Shown here one piece after another: positions 58,069-64,000 of a DNA stretch of 64,000 nucleotides (its first letter is position 1; each line of letters begins with the position of its first letter). The notes beneath the pieces were generated by a model, which worked only from the letters and a program-made list of their open reading frames with translations, was not told where the DNA came from and searched no databases. This DNA comes from a virus: positions 32,001-96,000 of the IMG/VR virus record IMGVR_UViG_3300034063_000636; one strand, given 5' to 3'. The position numbers and the translations under genes are program-made.

Positions 58069-58440
58069 ATGGCACACTTTGCAGAATTAGACGCAAATAA
58101 TGTTGTTTTACGAGTCATCGTTGTAGGAAATGCAGACACATCAGATGCCAGCGGTGTTGAAAAGGAACACATTGGCGCTGCTTTCTGCGAAAAACTATTT
58201 GGTGGCACTTGGAAGAAAACATCTTACAACGGTAACATTCGCAAGCGTTATGCTGGCGTTGGCTACACATACAATGCTGATCTAGACGCTTTCGTCCCAC
58301 CAAAGCCATATGCTTCATGGACTTTGAACAACACCACTGCTGATTGGGAAGCACCAGTCGCAATGCCTGTTGAAGAAGGCAAAATGTTCTCATGGAACGA
58401 AGAAACAGGCGCATGGGTTGAAACTCCAGGCATGGTCTAA
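58069..58440 (+). CDS. fibre-associated protein (possible adhesin chaperone)
   Basis: MAHFAELD.NNVV.RVIVV..WK.TSYN..RK.YAG.GYTY..DAF.PPKPY.SW.L..WEAP; as I recall, this family occurs next to Gly-rich adhesins. Confidence 0.65.
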   Translation: MAHFAELDANNVVLRVIVVGNADTSDASGVEKEHIGAAFCEKLFGGTWKKTSYNGNIRKRYAGVGYTYNADLDAFVPPKPYASWTLNNTTADWEAPVAMPVEEGKMFSWNEETGAWVETPGMV

Positions 58441-58457
58441 AATAGGAAGTATTCGTT

Positions 58458-59033
58458 ATGATGTCAATGAACGTGAAAGATTATGTGAAAATCTATGATG
58501 ATTTTCTTGATAAGAAACTATGTAAAGCAGTTGCCAAGAAGTTAAAGAAAGCTGATTGGCAACTGCATACATTTTATCAAGCAACCACTGGCGAATTTAT
58601 TAGTTACGATAAAGAACTCTCGATTTCTTATGGTAAAGATCTAGAAGAAACTCAAGAGATTCAGAAGAAAATTTGGTTTGCGATTGAGCAATATGTGATG
58701 AAAGATCATGCGCATATGGCTGATTGGTTTAGTGGTTGGAATGGTTATACTCAGGTTCGATATAATCGTTATAACACTGACACGCAAATGAAATTGCACT
58801 GTGATCATATTCATAGTATGTTTGACGGAACACGAAAAGGTATTCCGACTCTTTCTATTCTAGGATCGTTAAACGATGATTATGAAGGCGGTGAGTTAGT
58901 ATTTTGGGAAAGCGAAGCGATTCATCTCAAAGCAGGATCGATTATGATTTTCCCAAGTAACTTTATGTATCCGCATAAGGTTATGCCTGTGACAAAGGGA
59001 ACAAGATATTCATATGTCTCATGGGCATGGTAA
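58458..59033 (+). CDS. 2OG-Fe(II) oxygenase, prolyl 4-hydroxylase-like
   Basis: MKLHCDH (HxD)..LNDDYEGGEL..G.I.IFPSNFMYPHKV.PVTKGTRYS.VSW. Confidence 0.9.
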   Translation: MMSMNVKDYVKIYDDFLDKKLCKAVAKKLKKADWQLHTFYQATTGEFISYDKELSISYGKDLEETQEIQKKIWFAIEQYVMKDHAHMADWFSGWNGYTQVRYNRYNTDTQMKLHCDHIHSMFDGTRKGIPTLSILGSLNDDYEGGELVFWESEAIHLKAGSIMIFPSNFMYPHKVMPVTKGTRYSYVSWAW

Positions 59034-59044
59034 AATACAAGTAG

Positions 59045-59437
59045 ATGGCAGACAAACTTCACGGTCGAGCAATTCAAACTAATTCGATTCCTGTCGATAG
59101 AATAGTGCCAGGGACAATTACTCTTGATCAATGCGACGCCACGATTGATAACTATGTCAACGATGGTGGTCGACCTTTTATAAGATCTATTAGTTACTTC
59201 GGTTCAAATACAACAGCTGCAACTAGCGGTGGTCAAACTGTTCGATTGACAGGCAGCAATTTCGCAGCGAACATCCAGATTTATGTAAACACTTCTGCTG
59301 CCCCTGCAGTCTCCAGAACTAATGCCAATTCCGTTTCCTTTACAACTCCAGGAAACGAAGCAGGAACTTATTTGGTTTATGCTATTAATCCTGATGGAGG
59401 ATTTGCGATTCTAGTGCCTGGAATTGTTTATGCATAA
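59045..59437 (+). CDS. IPT/TIG-like domain protein, paralog of the N-terminus of the next gene
   Basis: MADKL.G.AI..N.IP..I..GTIT..GG..V...GS.F..N.Q.Y.N..AGTYLVY.IN..GG.AILVPGI.Y. Confidence 0.7.
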   Translation: MADKLHGRAIQTNSIPVDRIVPGTITLDQCDATIDNYVNDGGRPFIRSISYFGSNTTAATSGGQTVRLTGSNFAANIQIYVNTSAAPAVSRTNANSVSFTTPGNEAGTYLVYAINPDGGFAILVPGIVYA

Positions 59438-59463
59438 ATAAAGAAAAATCATAGGATTTTCGA

Positions 59464-62400
59464 ATGGCAGACAAATTAGACGGCGGTGCAATTGTAGCCA
59501 ATACAATTCCTGGCACAAAAATCCAATCTGGCACAATCACAACGACGCAGTTAGATCCTGCAATTGCTGCTGCTGTTACCGTACCATTACATCCTAAAAT
59601 TTCTTCGATCACTTATCCTGGGAATGATACTGCTGCAAACACAGGCGGCGGTGATTCGATTGTCATCAATGGTTCTGGATTCGGAACTAACGTTCAGGTC
59701 TATATCAACGGAACTGCTGCTCCGTCAGTAACTCGCAACAATGCGAATGCAGTCACAATTACAACTGCTGCTCAATCTGCTGGAACTTATCTAGTCTATT
59801 TGATCAACACCGATGACGGCGGTACTGCTATTCTTGTTCCTGGTATTCAGTATTCTGGAATGCCAACATGGGTTACAACATCACCACTTACTGGTCAAGA
59901 AGCAGCTGTTGCTTGGAGCATTTCACTCTCAGCAACAGGTGATTCACCAATTACTTATGCACTACAAGCAGGAAGCTCGTTACCTGCTGGAATTACATTG
60001 GCTGCAAATGGATTAATCAGCGGTACAATGACCTCTCCGCCAGAAAGCGACACAACATATAATTTTACAGTACTTGCAACCGACCCACAATCCCAAGACA
60101 CACCTAAAGCATTTAGTGTTTCTGTAACTGTTGTTGTTGATCCGCAGTTTCAATACACGACTTTGTTATTACAAGCTGACGGAACAAACAACGGCAACAA
60201 TCATGCGTTTTTAGATTCTAGCAATAATAATTTCACGATTACTCGAAATGGAAACGCAACTCAAGGTTCGTTCACGCCATTCAGTCCGACTGGGTGGAGT
60301 AATTATTTTGATGGAACGGGAGATTATTTGACATGGAGTGGATCCACACTTTCTGGAGATTTTACAGTTGAATGTTGGGTTTTCAAAACTGCTGTAGATG
60401 CGAGTGGATACACAAATGTGTTTTCAGGTTCTAATGGCAATCATCAGTTATTCATAGACGCTACAACAGCGGGATCAATAGGGCTCGTAATCGGAGCATC
60501 TACAATAATTGCTGGAAGCGGTGTTGCTGTTACTCCTAATATGTGGCATCATTTGGCATGGGTTAGAGAAGGATCTACTTGTCGCGTTTATGTAGACGGA
60601 ATTCAACAGGGAACTGGATCAAGTTCAACCTCATTTGCATTAGGTGTGATTGGTCGATATTATGAAGGCGGATATGAAATGAATGGATACATTTCTAACG
60701 CCCGTATTGTTGCTGGAACTTGTTTATATCCAAGTGGAACTACATTCACACCACCAACATCACCATTGACTGCTGTTTCTAACACCGCATTGTTAACATG
60801 CCAGAGCAATCGTTTTCGCGACGCAAGCACCAATAATTTTGCAATCACACGCAATGGCGATGTTTCTGTTCAAACCTTCTCTCCATTCGCAACAACTACT
60901 GCATATTCACCAGCAACACATGGCGGGTCAGCATTCTTTGATGGGAGTGGGGATTATCTTGAAACCACTAGTTCTCAAATCATTCCTAGCGGAAACTTTA
61001 CGATTGAGGCGTGGGCTTACATAACAAACAGTAGTTCCACGCAAACCATCGTTGCACAAGGGACTGGCGTAGGCGATGGCGCACGAACATGGATGGGAAT
61101 TGAAAACAGCAGCGGTGCAAAGTGGGCTGTTCAAGTAGGTGGGACACAGGCTATCAGCAGCGTTACGCCAGTTTTAAACGCATGGCATTACCTTGCTATG
61201 GTTTACAGCGGATCAACCATAAAGATGTACCTAAACGGTACAGAAATAGCCTCAGCCTCTTCAACAACAAACGCATCAAATACGACGCTAAAGATTGGAA
61301 CTAACTGGGGCGGTTACATTACGACTGGATTTTTATCCAATATCCGTATTTCTAACACCGCAAGAACAATTAGCGCAGTCCCGTCATCGTTGTTGGCGGC
61401 AGATGCAAATACAGTTTTTCTTGCCAATTTCACCAACGCACAAATTTATGATGCAGCAGCAGGAGCTGTTCTTGAATGTATTGGCGATGCGAAAGTCAAC
61501 ACAGCGATCAAGAAGTATGGCGCAGGATCAATTACGTTTGATGGAAATGGAGATTATTTGATAACGAATGCGCCTTCTACAGAAACAACCAATCTTGGAT
61601 CTGGTGACTTTACTGTAGAATTGTGGGTTTACTTTAATGGTGTATCTTCAGTTCAAACATTTGTTGATTGGCGTGATGCATCTACAGTTGCTGCATATCC
61701 TCTATTAGTGTTGAACTCAGATGCAACCATACTTTGGTCTCATTCTAACAACACTAGAATTACCAGCTCTCCAATATCAGCAAATACATGGTATCATGTT
61801 GCGGTTTGTCGTGCTGGTGGACAAACTAAACTGTTTATTAATGGAACTCAAAGCGGGTCAACATATTCTGATTCTACAACATATCTTACCACTTCTGGTG
61901 CACCGAGAATTGGAATCGATAGAAGAGCTGCACCATCTTATTACTTTAATGGTTACATCGATGATCTTCGTATCTCCAAAGGTCTTGCTCGTTATCGATA
62001 CCCATTCACTCCACCAACACGTGCATTTCCAACAAAGGGTGGAACAGCACCAGCAGCTACTGCTGATGAGTATTTTGACTATACAACACTGTTATTGCCA
62101 GGAAACGGAACGAACAATCAAAACAACCATACATTCTTAGATTCTTCGAATAATAATTTTACTATCACAAGAAATGGCAATGCAACTCAAGGAACATTTA
62201 GTCCGTTCAGTCAAACTGGATGGAGTAATTACTTTGATGGAAGCGGAGATCGCTTAACTGGAGCATCGCCAATACCAGGGCTTTCGTTTGGAACAGGCGA
62301 TTTTACTACAGAATATTGGGTATATAAAACAAATTCTGGAGTCAATGCAGTCGTATTTGACGCCAGATCAAGCGCATCAGCTTCTCCTTGGGTATTGGCT

Positions 62401-64000
62401 ATAGACACAAATAATTGCCCTTATTTTTATGATGGAAGCACATATACTTCTAGTTTACCAATACAAATAAATTTTTGGAATCATGTTGCAACAGTAAGAA
62501 CTTCAAGTACCTTAAAAATATTCGTTAATGGTGTTCAAGGATATTCAGCTTCATATAGTACAAATTTAGACAGAACTGCTGGATTTGTAATTGGCGATAC
62601 CGTGCACGCAGCTGCTCCTCTATCAGGATATTTGTCGAATTTGCGCATCATTAAGGGCACAGCAATTTATACATCAGAATTTACTCCATCAACGTCACCT
62701 TTAACTGCTATATCAAATACTTCCTTATTAACATGCCAATCAAGTCGTTTTATAGATAATAGCGCCAATAATCTAACAATTACTCGAGCTGGTGATGTTT
62801 CTGTCCAAGCCTTCTCTCCATTCGCACCAACAGCATCATATGCTGCAGCGAATGTTGGTGGTAGTGGATACTTTGATGGAAGTGGAGACAGACTTTCACT
62901 CAGCGGAAATTCTGCATTCGACATTTCCAGCGGTGATTTTACGATAGAGGGATGGATTTATCCTCAAAGTAACGCCGCAACACAAGGTCTTTTTGTGCTG
63001 TTTACCGCAACAAACAGCAATTATGCTGGGATGACTTGCTATGTCTCACGCAACACTAATTCAACAATAACAGTCGAGGGGGCTTCGCCGTCTATTGGGG
63101 GTGGCTCTCCAGCCATTTCAATTACAACTACCGCAACTGCCTTGCCAAATACTTGGACACACATAGCGGTTACGAGAAGTGGCAGCACCTTCACATGCTG
63201 GCTAAATGGTGTTTCTGCTGGAACTGCAACCTTCGCGGGGACTTTGTATTGGTCTCCTCCAAATCTATATGTGGGTTCTGGGAACGATAGCGCAACGAAT
63301 TACTTTACGGGATACATCAGCAATGTTCGTATTGCAAAAGGCACGGCTGTTTACACGACAACCTTTACTCCCCCTACTGCTCCACTTACTGCCATAAGCA
63401 ACACTTCGTTCTTACTAAACTTCACCAACGCAGGCATCACTGACGCGACAGCCAAAACTATTTTTGAAACTGTTGGTGATGCAAAGATTAGCACAGCGCA
63501 GAGCAAATTTGGTGGATCGTCGATGTATTTCGATGGCACTGGCGATCTTTTGCTTGCGAAAAATAATAATAATTTTGATTTTGGAACAGGAGATTTCACA
63601 GTTGAGTTTTGGATAAATGCATCAGCTTCTGGAACATATAATCAAGTTGTTGGAACACAAAATTCTAATGCGGATAATGGTGCATGGAGAGTTGGTAATC
63701 GTTTCAATAGCGCAAATGTGCTTTATTTCGCGAGAGGAAATGGATCGAGTTTTGATGAGTTTACTGCAGCAGTAAACGTCAATGACGGCAGCTGGCATCA
63801 TGTTGCAGTTGCAAGGGCTTCTGGTTCAGTAAGAATATTTGTTGATGGTGTTTTTGCAAACAGCTCAACAATAAGTGGAACTTGCACATCAGGAAATGAT
63901 TTGCGAATTGGATTTAATCCAAGAGATAGTTCATATGTCACTGGTTATGTTGATGATCTTCGCATCACCAAAGGCATCGCTCGTTACACTCAAAACTTCG
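59464..64000 (+). CDS. large lectin-like fibre (partial, >1500 aa): IPT + Ig-like + six or more LamG/ConA-like domains
   Basis: Absent from the ORF track, consistent with no stop in the window; open in frame 1 from ATG 59464 in the stretches I translated. Repeated YFDG.GDYL..GDFT.E.W..W.H.A..R..GYI.N.RI units form two triads, each starting TTLLL..GTNN.NNH.FLDSS.NNFTITRNGNATQG. Confidence 0.88.
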   Translation, partial: MADKLDGGAIVANTIPGTKIQSGTITTTQLDPAIAAAVTVPLHPKISSITYPGNDTAANTGGGDSIVINGSGFGTNVQVYINGTAAPSVTRNNANAVTITTAAQSAGTYLVYLINTDDGGTAILVPGIQYSGMPTWVTTSPLTGQEAAVAWSISLSATGDSPITYALQAGSSLPAGITLAANGLISGTMTSPPESDTTYNFTVLATDPQSQDTPKAFSVSVTVVVDPQFQYTTLLLQADGTNNGNNHAFLDSSNNNFTITRNGNATQGSFTPFSPTGWSNYFDGTGDYLTWSGSTLSGDFTVECWVFKTAVDASGYTNVFSGSNGNHQLFIDATTAGSIGLVIGASTIIAGSGVAVTPNMWHHLAWVREGSTCRVYVDGIQQGTGSSSTSFALGVIGRYYEGGYEMNGYISNARIVAGTCLYPSGTTFTPPTSPLTAVSNTALLTCQSNRFRDASTNNFAITRNGDVSVQTFSPFATTTAYSPATHGGSAFFDGSGDYLETTSSQIIPSGNFTIEAWAYITNSSSTQTIVAQGTGVGDGARTWMGIENSSGAKWAVQVGGTQAISSVTPVLNAWHYLAMVYSGSTIKMYLNGTEIASASSTTNASNTTLKIGTNWGGYITTGFLSNIRISNTARTISAVPSSLLAADANTVFLANFTNAQIYDAAAGAVLECIGDAKVNTAIKKYGAGSITFDGNGDYLITNAPSTETTNLGSGDFTVELWVYFNGVSSVQTFVDWRDASTVAAYPLLVLNSDATILWSHSNNTRITSSPISANTWYHVAVCRAGGQTKLFINGTQSGSTYSDSTTYLTTSGAPRIGIDRRAAPSYYFNGYIDDLRISKGLARYRYPFTPPTRAFPTKGGTAPAATADEYFDYTTLLLPGNGTNNQNNHTFLDSSNNNFTITRNGNATQGTFSPFSQTGWSNYFDGSGDRLTGASPIPGLSFGTGDFTTEYWVYKTNSGVNAVVFDARSSASASPWVLAIDTNNCPYFYDGSTYTSSLPIQINFWNHVATVRTSSTLKIFVNGVQGYSASYSTNLDRTAGFVIGDTVHAAAPLSGYLSNLRIIKGTAIYTSEFTPSTSPLTAISNTSLLTCQSSRFIDNSANNLTITRAGDVSVQAFSPFAPTASYAAANVGGSGYFDGSGDRLSLSGNSAFDISSGDFTIEGWIYPQSNAATQGLFVLFTATNSNYAGMTCYVSRNTNSTITVEGASPSIGGGSPAISITTTATALPNTWTHIAVTRSGSTFTCWLNGVSAGTATFAGTLYWSPPNLYVGSGNDSATNYFTGYISNVRIAKGTAVYTTTFTPPTAPLTAISNTSFLLNFTNAGITDATAKTIFETVGDAKISTAQSKFGGSSMYFDGTGDLLLAKNNNNFDFGTGDFTVEFWINASASGTYNQVVGTQNSNADNGAWRVGNRFNSANVLYFARGNGSSFDEFTAAVNVNDGSWHHVAVARASGSVRIFVDGVFANSSTISGTCTSGNDLRIGFNPRDSSYVTGYVDDLRITKGIARYTQNF

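Noticed and set aside
741-63599. Many antisense and alternate-frame ORFs in the track (e.g. 3104..3679 minus, 40217..40879 plus, poly-Pro ORFs opposite Gly-rich genes)
   Set aside because: They are shadows of low-complexity or codon-biased real genes, with no recognisable motifs
42877-64000. Diversity-generating retroelement or invertase shufflon acting on adhesins (Mtd_N-like domain present)
   Set aside because: No reverse transcriptase, recombinase, inverted cassette or adenine-specific TR/VR pair is visible; all cassettes are on one strand
1-64000. Stop-codon reassignment, introns, inteins or homing endonucleases
   Set aside because: Core genes are full length in the standard code with TAA/TGA at tight gene junctions; no such motifs or unexplained large gaps were seen

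Overview
This window is part of a large, AT-rich T4-like myovirus genome (organisation resembles cyano-/pelagi-/freshwater T4-like phages). No capsid or sheath genes lie in the window. From left to right it contains: (1) a CDGSH-like mini-ORF, a circularly permuted two-piece tmRNA (tag ANDDYFEMALAA), a SleB-type cell-wall hydrolase, guaC and the gp33-gp59-gp32 cluster; (2) a minus-strand tail/head block (gp4, gp2, gp54-like, gp26-like, gp51-like, putative tape measure); (3) the baseplate operon (gp48, 53, 27-like, 5, 25, 6, 7, 8, split DUF4815/VrlC-like protein); (4) about 35 kb of fibre/adhesin genes interleaved with 2OG-Fe(II) oxygenases and a GT60-like GlcNAc transferase. The strongest leads are: tandem TonB-box-like motifs on three tube-tip/lumen proteins, next to a gp5 whose hydrolase domains look degenerate; a mirror-symmetric Pro/Thr/Tyr repeat adhesin followed by a sigma70-driven prolyl-hydroxylase plus glycosyltransferase operon (possible virion glycosylation system); a candidate -1 frameshift fusing gp26-like and gp51-like ORFs upstream of the putative tape measure; a phage-encoded permuted tmRNA; and an array of connector-adaptor-polyglycine adhesin cassettes. 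All family assignments are from motif recognition by eye; no database searches were run.
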